Virus record (IMG/VR): IMGVR_UViG_3300036770_003657
Location: 1-64,000 of that record
Reading direction: 5' to 3' (one strand)
Length of the DNA stretch: 64,000 nt
The notes under the pieces are model-generated. The model was not told the origin of the DNA, searched no databases, and was given only the letters and a program-made list of their open reading frames with translations. Both the position numbers and the translations under genes were made by a program. This document shows positions 44,420 through 55,800 of the stretch, piece after piece; position 1 is the stretch's first letter; every line of letters starts with the position of its first letter.

Positions 44420-47400
44420 TTATCGTTTATCATCATAACACCAGCCCCTATCAACCCCTGTATAAACTAATGTAAATGCTATTCCTGCTGTACTTAAAGT
44501 TAAGTCACTATTAATTCCATTAATTTTATTACCATTTCTAATTACTTCTACAACAAAAATTGAAAAGTCCTTCTTATCTACAATCCTTATCTCATCACCT
44601 ACTGATGGAGCCACCGGGTTAGTTAAGTTAGGTGGTAATCGTATTTCTAAATTACCATTAGTTGTATCTACTAGCAGTCTATCACCTGCATAAGCATCGT
44701 AACTGGTAATTACTGTTTTCCAAGCTGGTCTAAATCTACCTGGTAATGTCACTGAACTATTTGTTGAGCCTAGAGTTAATATACTGTTATTAGCACCACC
44801 AATAGTCATAGTGCCTGTTACCCCTGTAAATACACTTTTATTAACACTAGTACTGGTTAAATTTCCTACTATTTCTAAAACTTGATCTACTCTAGCTGAA
44901 GTTAACACAGCAGGATTTGTACCACTAGCACCGGTGATTGACCCGTTGACCCAAATAGAACCACCAACACTTACTGTACCTGCGTCTGTTACAGTAAAAT
45001 TGCTAGTTCCTCGTACTTCATTATACTGATTTCTAAATAATATACCACCTGTAGCATAGTAACTGTTATTTGGCAGTAATAGTTGACTTCTTACAAGAAA
45101 ATTATTTCTAGAGATAACTACAGGAAATTGTGTTCTATATTCCTGTATACCACCTACAATAACTGTAGGGATATCAGATTTTGGACTAGCATTAGGACCT
45201 TGTATAGCAGTATCTCGCCACCAATCCTCAGTTTTTAAAGGTAAGTCAACAGGTTCACCCATTAGGATATCTTGAGTATTATTGGCAAAAAACACTCTTT
45301 CTAAATTTTGTGGAGCGAACTCAAATTCTTGGACATTATCACTAGTTTGTACAAATGCTCTAACTCTACCAGATACATTACCAGTTCTCAGAGTAATATT
45401 ACCAGTAGATCCAGCCTGTAGTAGACCTGCTTCAACTATGGTATTACTTCCACCTAAAATGATAGCTGCCGAATTACCACCTATAGTTATAGCAGTGACA
45501 TCAGTAAAAATACTACCACTATTACTCGAAGCTAAAATATTAGCTCCTTCAACTGTTAAATTACCTTCAATAATTGTTGAGGTAGCATTTAAATTTAATG
45601 TTCTAGTTCCTTGTCTTGACCCAAAACTACCAGCACTTCCGTCACCAAATATATTAACTGTGCTAGCATCTTGTGCCATATTGATTGTTTTCGTGGCAGT
45701 AGTATTGAAAAGATTTACAACCTGACCTGAACTTCTGACTACTCCAGGATTACCAATATTATCACCTATAACTAAATCATCATAAGTTTGTAATTTACTT
45801 AGAGCATTTACGTATGCAACATTACTGGCTAAATTACCTAAATTAATATTACGACTTTCAGCTCCAACATTTATAGTTTCCACTGTAGTATTTAAAATAT
45901 CAAATGACCCTGTAAATGCAGGATCTACTCTAATTTCACCAACATTATCAAAAGTTAGCCCATCTTGTAATATAAAGTTTTCTTGTGCAGTAGTTATATC
46001 AATTAATCTTACACCTTGGTTTGGTTCAAGTGCTCCAATTTCTAAATCAAAAGCACCAATACTAGTAACTAGGTTATTTCTTATACTGACATTATCTATT
46101 TGATAGATACCTTGAATATTAATATCACCTATGATATTAACATCGTTTTTAAAGGTTACTTGCCCATTATTAGCACCAATATAGATAGCAGTAGCCTCAT
46201 CTCCTATATTAATGGTTTGAGTAGTTTCATTTAAAAGATTAAAAACTGTATTACCACTGTTTAAATTTTGACCATTAAGAGTTAGTACTTCTTCTACAAT
46301 TAGGTTGTTATTAATAGTAGTATTACCAGTAGTTGCTGCTATATTAATTTCAGTAGCTTCCCCTCCAAAATTAATAGTTTCTGTGTTAGCATTAAAAATG
46401 TTAATTGTATCGTTATTAGTTTGTAAGTTCCCTCTAAAATTAACATCACCATTTACATCTAATGTAGCAATGGGAGCATTAGTCATAACACCTAATCTTG
46501 AATCACTAGCTTTAACAAATACTGCATCAACAAATGTAGCATCATCTTTTACTGTAATAACAAAATCTTGATCAGCTCGATTATTACGCAGTCTTACAGG
46601 AGGTGTTAATGGATTACCATCTTGTAGTTGTTGTGTTTCAAATGTAAGATTAGGCCCCCAGCCTAAACTTAAAGGTTTATTTAAAATGTCACTTAGGTTA
46701 CTAGTGTTTGCTCCAGTAATAGTTAATCTACCATCAATAGTATTGTTTCCTGAAACTTTTACAAATTCATCTACACTAATTGGTGAGCCAAAAGCATCAA
46801 CTAAGCTTTCTGATCGTGCAGCAGTAACATTAAACTTAAATAGATTACTTACTGGAGTAAATCCTTTAACAATATTTCCGCTAATAAGTTCAGAGTTTAA
46901 TTTTAGACCTTCCCCTTCTGAATAATTTGGAGTAAAATCGTCATTACTAAAAATACCTACTAAAATATTTCCTAATTTAAGTTTAGCTATTATATGATTA
47001 TTACCGTTAATATCTTTTACTGTAGCTATTTCAAATCCTGAAATTCCTTGTTGATTAGTATATATAGGACCAGCTAGTCTTAGGCCAGCTCCATCATTAA
47101 AGTATAACTGTCTAGTTTCATTATTAAACCAAAAGTCCCCTACACTGGTTGCTGGTTCTGTAGTGGAAATAATAGGTCTAGCGAACTCTTTAAAGTCGTT
47201 GCCATCATAAATTTTTAAGCTATTATCACTGGTATCAAACCATAATTGACCTTGAATAGGACTTCTAGGTGCTTCATCGCTGGCAAAATTCTCTAATAAT
47301 TTAATAAAATTTTCATTAAAATACTCACCATAATTTGGTGTATTTTTACCAATTAATGCCAAATCAGTAGTGGTTCTGTCTATACTATTATCTAATATAT

Positions 47401-47443
47401 CAGTTAGTATAGTACCATTAGTTTTGTTTAGGGTATATGGCAT
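44420..47443 (-). CDS. Long tail fibre-like protein
   Basis: Same N-domain; repeated 'xLxNxTxxTINIG' units. Confidence 0.75.
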   Translation of the reverse strand: MPYTLNKTNGTILTDILDNSIDRTTTDLALIGKNTPNYGEYFNENFIKLLENFASDEAPRSPIQGQLWFDTSDNSLKIYDGNDFKEFARPIISTTEPATSVGDFWFNNETRQLYFNDGAGLRLAGPIYTNQQGISGFEIATVKDINGNNHIIAKLKLGNILVGIFSNDDFTPNYSEGEGLKLNSELISGNIVKGFTPVSNLFKFNVTAARSESLVDAFGSPISVDEFVKVSGNNTIDGRLTITGANTSNLSDILNKPLSLGWGPNLTFETQQLQDGNPLTPPVRLRNNRADQDFVITVKDDATFVDAVFVKASDSRLGVMTNAPIATLDVNGDVNFRGNLQTNNDTINIFNANTETINFGGEATEINIAATTGNTTINNNLIVEEVLTLNGQNLNSGNTVFNLLNETTQTINIGDEATAIYIGANNGQVTFKNDVNIIGDINIQGIYQIDNVSIRNNLVTSIGAFDLEIGALEPNQGVRLIDITTAQENFILQDGLTFDNVGEIRVDPAFTGSFDILNTTVETINVGAESRNINLGNLASNVAYVNALSKLQTYDDLVIGDNIGNPGVVRSSGQVVNLFNTTATKTINMAQDASTVNIFGDGSAGSFGSRQGTRTLNLNATSTIIEGNLTVEGANILASSNSGSIFTDVTAITIGGNSAAIILGGSNTIVEAGLLQAGSTGNITLRTGNVSGRVRAFVQTSDNVQEFEFAPQNLERVFFANNTQDILMGEPVDLPLKTEDWWRDTAIQGPNASPKSDIPTVIVGGIQEYRTQFPVVISRNNFLVRSQLLLPNNSYYATGGILFRNQYNEVRGTSNFTVTDAGTVSVGGSIWVNGSITGASGTNPAVLTSARVDQVLEIVGNLTSTSVNKSVFTGVTGTMTIGGANNSILTLGSTNSSVTLPGRFRPAWKTVITSYDAYAGDRLLVDTTNGNLEIRLPPNLTNPVAPSVGDEIRIVDKKDFSIFVVEVIRNGNKINGINSDLTLSTAGIAFTLVYTGVDRGWCYDDKR

Positions 47444-49521
47444 TATATTTTCCCAGTATAAATTATGTAATGTAAACCGTCAGTTAATCTAACTGATCCA
47501 GATCCTGTACCTGGATGCGTGGCCCCAACCCAAGTAGCAGTAAATACGCTATTAACTTGTGCAGTACCAGTTAGTCCTAATGCTGCCCAATTTGTATCAC
47601 CTACATTTGTAATAACATAGCTAAGATTTTTTAGTATTTCATTTGGTTTAAAATTGGGAACCATATTTCTTAAATCAGGTAGACAAAATGTGTTGACTCC
47701 ACTACCAAAGCTAGGTAATTGTTCTAAAGGTTTGTATCGTAGACCTATTTTATTAAACAATTCTTGATAAAAAGTTTGTGGTAATTCACGACCATCACAA
47801 GGCAAGTAACCAACAGGCAGTGCCGATAAACTTCCGCTATAAAGTATAATTGTTGCTGTTGGAGTGACTGGTAAACTATCTGCTATACCTTTTTTAGTTG
47901 TTTTATAATAATCAGTTCCTCTTTGAACTAGAAAAGTATCTGTGTTTTGAATATAGAATAATTCTGTTTTTGAATTAATTAAATTAGTACTAAGTTCGGT
48001 TTTAATTGTAATAGTGTCTGGTGAGTTTTTTATTGAAATTGGCTGTGCTGGATTAGTTGCGTTAACAAAATTTATTTCGCTATCACTACTAGTAACTATA
48101 GTTACAGGGTCACCAAATCCTATTGAATATCCATCAATAGTGCCTGTTCCACCGCTAATGCTTAAATTATTTGCTATAATATTTCCATAAATTATAGGAT
48201 AATTGTTTGATTCACCAATCTGATCTACCCATAATCTTGCCCATTTTTTATCAGGTTGTCCTAACTCATGAATTGGTTGAAGATCTCCATTTTGTAAAAT
48301 GTTTTGTCTAGGAATTATATTGCCAACATTAATAATATTTCCATCATCAGGATCAAAATTTGTATAATTAATATCAAACGTAATATCACCAACTAATGAT
48401 AACGGGCCATCTGTTTCTAGTCCCTGTATACCAGCTACTACCTTTCCATCTGCTAATAAATTTCCAGATGCTATAATATTTCCAGTAACATCTAATGCTT
48501 CCTGCGGAGCAGTTTTATTAATGCCTACACGACCGCCACCTTCACCAGATACTCTAACTACTGAATTAAAATCACTACTCGTAGGTTTTTTAATTCTTAA
48601 TTCTATAGCTTGATTTGGATTTTTATTGTATAAAAAACTTACTTGTGAAGTTTTACCAATTTGAAAACTTGAATCAGATCCTATGTTTATACCATTATCT
48701 GCTCTAATGTTTATTTCATGATTAGTTGTACTAATAATATCCGAACGTAAAAAATTACCAGCACCAATAACATCAGTTCCAACCAATAATGCTTGAGCCT
48801 TTTCACTAGTTCCCCAAAATTTTGTATTAGAATCAAAACTACTATTACTTAAATTTAATCCTTGTTTAAAACTCTTAAATCCTTCATAAATTAATTTTGG
48901 AGTAAAATCTTTGTCACTTAATACTGCTACTCGTCTAGCTTTTATAAAAAAGCTAACAACAGCTACAGGTTGATTATCTAAACTATTAATGACTTCCTCA
49001 ACTTCGATACCAGTTTTTTCAAAAGCATTAAACAATGGCCCTACTAGGTTATAGCCAGTTCCATTAAAAATATAAAGTTGATTTTTACTAGTATCAACAT
49101 ACAAATCACCCTTCTTTAAATTTGTGCTTTCTAAATTTAAAGTACTAGGTGATACTGCTGCTTTTTTAATTAATCCTATAGGAAGCCAAGTAGTACCATC
49201 ATAAACCTTTAATCCGTATGTGTTTAAACTAGAACTTGCACTGGGACTAGGGTCTATTATTTGTAGACTATTAGTATTGAACCAAAGTTGCCCACGTTCT
49301 GGGTTGGTAGGTGCGTTATTGCTGGCAAAATTTTCTAACAAATGTAAAAAATTTTCTGCAATATCCTTAGTATAACTTCCTGAATACTTTCTTCCTAGTA
49401 ATGTTAACGATGTAGATGAGTCTAGGCTACCATCATTAATAACAATATTACTTGTAGATCTTCCGTTACTAATTGGTCTGCTTGGGTCTGAAAATTCTAT
49501 TTCTGTACTCATATTATTCAC
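47443..49521 (-). CDS. Tail fibre protein with tail-collar domain
   Basis: Same N-domain; TIILYSG..P.GYLPCDG...ELF..IG..Y...FCLPDLR. Confidence 0.8.
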   Translation of the reverse strand: MNNMSTEIEFSDPSRPISNGRSTSNIVINDGSLDSSTSLTLLGRKYSGSYTKDIAENFLHLLENFASNNAPTNPERGQLWFNTNSLQIIDPSPSASSSLNTYGLKVYDGTTWLPIGLIKKAAVSPSTLNLESTNLKKGDLYVDTSKNQLYIFNGTGYNLVGPLFNAFEKTGIEVEEVINSLDNQPVAVVSFFIKARRVAVLSDKDFTPKLIYEGFKSFKQGLNLSNSSFDSNTKFWGTSEKAQALLVGTDVIGAGNFLRSDIISTTNHEINIRADNGINIGSDSSFQIGKTSQVSFLYNKNPNQAIELRIKKPTSSDFNSVVRVSGEGGGRVGINKTAPQEALDVTGNIIASGNLLADGKVVAGIQGLETDGPLSLVGDITFDINYTNFDPDDGNIINVGNIIPRQNILQNGDLQPIHELGQPDKKWARLWVDQIGESNNYPIIYGNIIANNLSISGGTGTIDGYSIGFGDPVTIVTSSDSEINFVNATNPAQPISIKNSPDTITIKTELSTNLINSKTELFYIQNTDTFLVQRGTDYYKTTKKGIADSLPVTPTATIILYSGSLSALPVGYLPCDGRELPQTFYQELFNKIGLRYKPLEQLPSFGSGVNTFCLPDLRNMVPNFKPNEILKNLSYVITNVGDTNWAALGLTGTAQVNSVFTATWVGATHPGTGSGSVRLTDGLHYIIYTGKI

Positions 49522-50122
49522 CCATCAAACCAGTTAAACTTTGTATTCTTACAGTATAATCAATTTGAATTAATCTATTCAAACTTTTTTGTACAGGGTG
49601 AAAAATAACATGCGTAAGTAATCTATCACCACCTGATTCGTTATCAGTTACAAGTCCTAATTCATCAAAAGTATATAAACTATTGTTATCAGTTGTATTG
49701 TCAAATGCCTCCTGACCATCTGGCTCACCATAATCTAGTAAACAAGTTACAAAAACGTCTGTATAGGTTGTTCCAGTTACATGCCTTGTTTCTACATAGT
49801 TTCTCACAGGATCAGTATTTGCTGTACTAGTATCATCAACAATTTTGCTGTATGTTTGATTATATAAGTTAGCATTTACACCTGTAGTATTTGGTGTAAG
49901 ATATGTGATAATTCCTGTAGGATCTACAGCAGTACCACCATTCCCAAAGACCATTTTTGTAACAAATCCGCTACCTGAATTAGCTAGACTATTAGCCAAT
50001 GCTATACTCATGTTTTCGTAGTGAATAGCATTACGTTTATTGATGTAGACTTCTTGAGAACTAGGATCCCAAATTTTTATGTGCCCTTCAATATGAACTC
50101 CGCCGAAATCTCTTGTTTGCAT
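49514..50122 (-). CDS. Putative baseplate/tail structural protein
   Basis: FDELGL...LLTHVIFHPVQKS..IDYTVRI; ATAAATA upstream. Confidence 0.6.
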   Translation of the reverse strand: MQTRDFGGVHIEGHIKIWDPSSQEVYINKRNAIHYENMSIALANSLANSGSGFVTKMVFGNGGTAVDPTGIITYLTPNTTGVNANLYNQTYSKIVDDTSTANTDPVRNYVETRHVTGTTYTDVFVTCLLDYGEPDGQEAFDNTTDNNSLYTFDELGLVTDNESGGDRLLTHVIFHPVQKSLNRLIQIDYTVRIQSLTGLMGE

Positions 50123-50168
50123 ATGTTCTCTCTATCAAAATATTTATTATATTTAAAAAGTGCTAGTA

Positions 50169-51755
50169 TTACCTTCTAATGCGTTGCCTAGGGTATAATC
50201 TACCACTATTTGGTCTAGGCTTATAATTAAGCTTGGGCCAAGTTGATCCTGTGTCTGGTCGTTCCTTATAATAAAATAAGTATCTATTAGCACTGCCTTG
50301 TAGGCTAAAATAATCATTATAACCACCATTAGTATCTGTCATTTGTCCATACTTGCTATATTTCACTAAGTAATCTCTAACTTGACTTTGATTAAAATTG
50401 GGATAAATTTCTAAAACACAGGCTAATAAACCACATACTTGGGGACTGGCCATACTGGTTCCATTATACTTACTGATCCAATATGTAGTACCTGCGCTGC
50501 GTGGATCACCTACTCCACCACTAAGAACGCTGCTCATTATACTGCGGCCTGGTGCGTAGATATCGATTCTCGGGCCACAATTACTGAAATCTGCTTTGGC
50601 TTCGTTGATGCTACGTCCTATAGCACCTACACAAATACTATCATTTCCCACATTTGGTGCCATACCTTGATGATAAAAGATATTATATCCATTCCAAATA
50701 TAATAATTGTTGTAATCCAGCCCACCTTCTACGTCAATTTTATAGCTTTCATTACCAGCAGCACCAACCATAATTATACCATCATCAATGGCATCTTGTA
50801 CATCTGCTTCTAAAGCAAAGTATCTTGCTGGTGTACTAGCAGTTACTCCATCATTTATTACACCTAAGCTTTCTAAAAATGCGCTAGTCAATCCTGTAGT
50901 ATAATCCACACCCCTCACATTTACTCTTGTAATACTGGAAATATCAAGTCCATAACCATAGCCCCAGCTATTATTACATATTGTAGGATTTCTTCTACCT
51001 GTAGCTGGGTTAATAGGTTTACTATTATGCCAAGCTCTTATATAATCAAATAGGAATAGCGTATCTAAACCATTTGGGTCTGTAGAATAAGGATGTAAAT
51101 TATAAATGTTAGCACCTCTTGCCCAACCTTGCGTGTTTCCCGCAGCAGTTCCAGCAACGTGCATGCCATGATTATTATCCCCATTAGCAGTTAAAGGCGT
51201 ATATTGATAAACACCTGGTGGGCTAGCATGTTGTAGCCAGTTATATTGTACTACCTTAGTACCACCAGTACCATCACTGTTGACTGCCATTTCAGGGTGG
51301 TCTGGGTTTATAAACCCATCAACAATAACTATATCCACGTTACGACCTTCAGCGTTAACTTGAATAGTCCCAGATTGACTTTTTGTTGCTAAAAAATCAT
51401 CGCCCCAATTTTCCCTTTGTACTCCTTCAACACATCTTAATAAAGCCCAATTTTTAAAAAGACTGTTATTATTAGCAGACTTATCCCAATAATCACTAGT
51501 TTGAACCCAACTACGCACCACCTTCATACCAAGCTCTTCTGGTCTCAGCATACAGGATAAGACTCTTGGATCGTTTCTAATCTGTTCAGCTTCCTCATCA
51601 GTAAGCATATAATGAGTATTACGGCTTATTTCTCTACGATTAACACACTCTATCATTCTATCTGGTATGTACAGATTACCGCCAGGTGTTTCCATATCCT
51701 CGTAAAAGGCTGCTAAATCATCAAAATTCTTTAAGGTAACTATATATTCTCTCAT
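50169..51755 (-). CDS. Subtilisin-like (S8) serine protease with I9-like prodomain
   Basis: [32 protein letters not shown]. Confidence 0.93.
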   Translation of the reverse strand: MREYIVTLKNFDDLAAFYEDMETPGGNLYIPDRMIECVNRREISRNTHYMLTDEEAEQIRNDPRVLSCMLRPEELGMKVVRSWVQTSDYWDKSANNNSLFKNWALLRCVEGVQRENWGDDFLATKSQSGTIQVNAEGRNVDIVIVDGFINPDHPEMAVNSDGTGGTKVVQYNWLQHASPPGVYQYTPLTANGDNNHGMHVAGTAAGNTQGWARGANIYNLHPYSTDPNGLDTLFLFDYIRAWHNSKPINPATGRRNPTICNNSWGYGYGLDISSITRVNVRGVDYTTGLTSAFLESLGVINDGVTASTPARYFALEADVQDAIDDGIIMVGAAGNESYKIDVEGGLDYNNYYIWNGYNIFYHQGMAPNVGNDSICVGAIGRSINEAKADFSNCGPRIDIYAPGRSIMSSVLSGGVGDPRSAGTTYWISKYNGTSMASPQVCGLLACVLEIYPNFNQSQVRDYLVKYSKYGQMTDTNGGYNDYFSLQGSANRYLFYYKERPDTGSTWPKLNYKPRPNSGRLYPRQRIRR

Positions 51756-52840
51756 GCTTCAGCCTGTAATAAAGTTAATGTTACAGTTACAGTGGTACTA
51801 GAACCACTTAAGTTTGTTACTGCTACTGGTATTGTAGTGGTTACTGGTGATTCATCATTAAATCCATGTACTGCTGGAACCATTACAACTGTTTCAGCAC
51901 CAGTGGTAATAATCTCAGTAATTACACCGGCATCATAAGCTGGATCAGAACCTTGCGTCCTACTTGCATCCGCTGTCCTTGTTGCGTCAGATACATATAA
52001 CCTGACCCATGCCGCTTGATCAGTTTGTATTTTATATAACACATAACCTTTAAATCCAATAATATCTAAATTTGCTGTGCTATTATCACTCAATGAAGAC
52101 GTAGTTCCTTGTCTTGTAGTTCTACTACCTATAAATCCAGTACCCTGTGGTCCTGGTTCACCTTGAATACCTTGCTCACCTTGTGGTCCTGGTTCACCTT
52201 GAATACCTTGCTCACCTTGTGGTCCTTGTTCACCTTGAATACCTTGCTCACCTTGTGGTCCTGGTTCACCTTGTGGTCCTGGTTCACCTTGAATACCTTG
52301 CTCACCTTGTGGTCCTGGTTCACCTTGAATACCTTGCTCACCTTGTGGTCCTGGTTCACCTTGTGGTCCTGGTTCACCTTGAATACCTTGCTCACCCTGT
52401 GGTCCTTGTTCACCTTGTATACCTTGTTCACCTTGTGGTCCTTGTTCACCTTGAATACCTTGTTCACCTTGTGGTCCTGGTTCACCTTGAATACCTTGCT
52501 CACCTTGTGGTCCTTGTTCACCTTGAATACCTTGCTCACCTTGTGGTCCTGGTTCACCTTGTGGTCCTGGTTCACCTTGTGGTCCTGGTTCACCTTGTGG
52601 TCCTGCCGGTCCCTGAAGCCCTTGTGAACCCGTTGCTCCAGCCAATCCTTGTGGTCCTTGTGGACCTTGTGGTCCTTGTGGACCTTCAGTAAATTGAATA
52701 GCCTCTATAGCAGTTTGTAAAGTTTGAATACTGGTATAGTTTTCAGTAAAATTTTCATTAATTTTAATAGCAGCTCGTCGAATACTGTCACCAGTACCAT
52801 CGTTAGCTCTAGTTCCTACATTAATTGTCTGCTTGGCCAT
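51752..52840 (-). CDS. Collagen-like fibre protein with gp9/gp10-type N-terminus
   Basis: [29 protein letters not shown] then about 60 Gly-X-Y triplets. Confidence 0.88.
   Translation of the reverse strand: MAKQTINVGTRANDGTGDSIRRAAIKINENFTENYTSIQTLQTAIEAIQFTEGPQGPQGPQGPQGLAGATGSQGLQGPAGPQGEPGPQGEPGPQGEPGPQGEQGIQGEQGPQGEQGIQGEPGPQGEQGIQGEQGPQGEQGIQGEQGPQGEQGIQGEPGPQGEPGPQGEQGIQGEPGPQGEQGIQGEPGPQGEPGPQGEQGIQGEQGPQGEQGIQGEPGPQGEQGIQGEPGPQGTGFIGSRTTRQGTTSSLSDNSTANLDIIGFKGYVLYKIQTDQAAWVRLYVSDATRTADASRTQGSDPAYDAGVITEIITTGAETVVMVPAVHGFNDESPVTTTIPVAVTNLSGSSTTVTVTLTLLQAEA
52142..52685 (-). repeat. Coding tandem repeats (GPQ/GEP/GEQ/GIQ; 9-, 18- and 36-bp units)
   Basis: Near-identical units such as ttcaccttgtggtcctgg and caccttgaataccttgct. 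Confidence 0.95.
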
Positions 52841-52842
52841 TT

Positions 52843-55800
52843 TTATTCCTCATCCGTCTTAAGTTTGTCTAAATCTACAGAATATGATGTACTATCTAGT
52901 GTTGTCTGTGTACCTCTAATTTCAGCTACTTGAATCTTTAAGAATTCAGATACTTTATTATTCGATTCTGCAAGACTCTTTCCAATATCACTCCAAACTG
53001 TACCTTGTTTCCTAACCACAGTAATTCTTGTGTTTACCGGTATACTTTTATCTAGTTTAATAAATGCTACAGGTCTACCATTTGTAGTACCGTGATCTAC
53101 CCCATCTGTAATAAAATCTGCCGCATAATTTACATCTCCTTCTGGACTATGTGGATGTATTTCTGCATTATGAATAGTATATTCATATTTTTTAAGTCTT
53201 GTAGTACCGATAAAAATTTCAGTATCTAAAACATTCTTGTCAAAATTATTAGTTATAGAATTACTTCTTACCACAGGTAACCAAGGAACTACAATTATTT
53301 CAATATTTCCTGAATCGTTTACTGAGCCAAAATCAGTTTGTTCCCAATTAGGATTGTTAGCACTTGGATGATCAGTAACATTACTTAATGTTTCCTGCCA
53401 CCAATCTGTTTCTAAATCGGGTTGTTGATTAATATTTTTAATAACACCATCTACAGTTTTTATTGAAGTATATAACTTATTGTTATATACAACTTGTTGG
53501 TTAAGTTTATAAATTATTTGACTATCCCATAAGTCATAATTAACGCCATTAACAGATAACCAATTAGTGTTGTTGTAACTTACTACGTCATTTTTAAAAT
53601 ACCTTATAGCAGGTTGCCATTCACCACTCCAATTATAGGTAATTATTACGTCCTCATATGGAATATTTTCGTCAAATCCTATATCATTTACTTCTGTTCC
53701 TACGCTGTGTACTAGTGGAACACCAGTGCCTAGAGTACCCCTACGTAGATCCATTAGTCTATTACCAATTCGTGTATAATATTCTATTCTTTCACCATTT
53801 ATATAAACTATACCTGGTAAATTACTTTCCTTAATTGGAAATGCTACTCTATTACTTTGTTCAATAATTACTTCTTTATCAGTACTTGTAAGATTTTGTA
53901 TTAATCGTGTTGTTCTATTTCTACTTAAACGTTTATAAGTATAGTCATTTAACATGTCTTTGAATAACATAAAACTTACAGGAGTTCTTTCTATATTACT
54001 AACAAAGGTAATAATACCTATCTTATCATCACCATTAGGTTCATCTACTAATTTGATGCTCTTTTTATCTTCTTGTAGTATATAATCTGTTAAAGGAACT
54101 AGTAATTTTTTGTTTTTAGTGACCCATACATAATTACTATTTTTAATTTCTTGATCTAGATAAAATACCCCGCCACTGGCCTGTATCAAAATTGGATAGT
54201 AGGCATTTTCTAATAGTAAAGTATTGTTATTTTCTATATCTAGATATGTTCTATTAATACCTAATAGATCGTGGTTAGTCATTGCAATCACTTCTATTCT
54301 AGTACCTGCTGGAAAGGGCACTCTAAATCTTATTCTACTGTATCCTAGTGTATTGTCTATAAAATATTCTGCAAATTTAACAATAGTAACTAATACTAGT
54401 GCATTTTCTCTATAGTAATTAGGTTTGATAGTTATTACGCCATCTAATAAATTTAAAGTATATGCAATAGCATCAGGAACTTTTATACCATCTATAAACA
54501 CTTCATAATCAGTACTTGAGTAAACATCTAAATCATTTTTATTCAAGGGTATAGGATATTGTGTTCTTCTATTAGTTAGAGTAAATTTGAATTGATCCAC
54601 ACTATTCAATATATCATCACCTACTCTAACTATTGTACTAACTCCTAATGGAATCTTATATCCTACAAAATTTTGTAAATTGAATATAGTACTAGTACCA
54701 TTGCTTATAATAATTTCTCTAGTCAAAATACTTTGACTTACATCACTGCTTAAGAACACACTGAATACCAGTATATCGCCTTGTTTAACTACTTCTGGAA
54801 ATTTAATTCCAATTTTACCAACTTTAATATAAGCATCTACATTATCTTGCACTTTTTCCCAATATTTTTCATTTGGTATTTGTGTATTATCAGCTATGTC
54901 TAAAACAAAAGGCAAATTATTTCTATTACTATTAACTAAACTTTTAAACAATGTATTTTGATATACTATTTCATCACCTATTTTATAAAATACGGTATTT
55001 TGCCAAGATCCATAGGTTTTAAATGGTATATTAGTTAGTACTCTGCCTGCTACAACTGTAAACACTCTGACATTTGGTTGGTGATCAATATCTAATATGA
55101 TAATTTCACTATCTTCTTCTACAACAAAACTATTAGTTTCTATCATATCTAAACCATTGAATCCTAGACCAATTACGGATAAGTCTTGATTTTCTTCAGG
55201 TGTCTCAAAAAGAGTTATAGTTAAATTATTGTAATCAAAATAATAATCATCAATGCTTAATAATCTTTCATTTAGTTTTACAATAATAGCTTTGTCATTG
55301 TTTGGATAATTTGTTATGGTGTAATCTTTACTACTACCATCTGTAATAAATCTTTCACAAAATACTTCACTAGTAACTGTGGTATTTCTTTCAAACACTT
55401 TTATAGCCAATGTATCATAAACGTGTCCTGGCAACATTTCCTCAGGTGCAGGACTCGTTGTAGGTGTAATAAAGTTATCACCATCTATTATGATATCATC
55501 TGCTCGTAATCCACTAGCTGTTCTATAAATTGGGTTAAGTTTGGGTAAATTACCACCATCTATAATAGTATCATATAGTTCGTCATCTGTTGGTTCTCCT
55601 GCATCCCAATTTCTGCTGCCCCAACTATAAGCTCCGTCCCATAAATTAGGCTTGTCAAAACCAATTCCAGTAACACTTACACCACCATAATCAATACCAA
55701 TCATTAATTGATCAAAATCAATACCTAACATGCCACTGGTTGGTTTATAAAAATACTTTATTCTTTCTAAAGCATTTAAATTATTAAAGTCTTTATCATA

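Noticed and set aside
52109-52692. Long alternative-frame ORFs with periodic sequence (52109..52627, 52129..52593, 52147..52692)
   Set aside because: By-products of the stop-free collagen tandem repeat.
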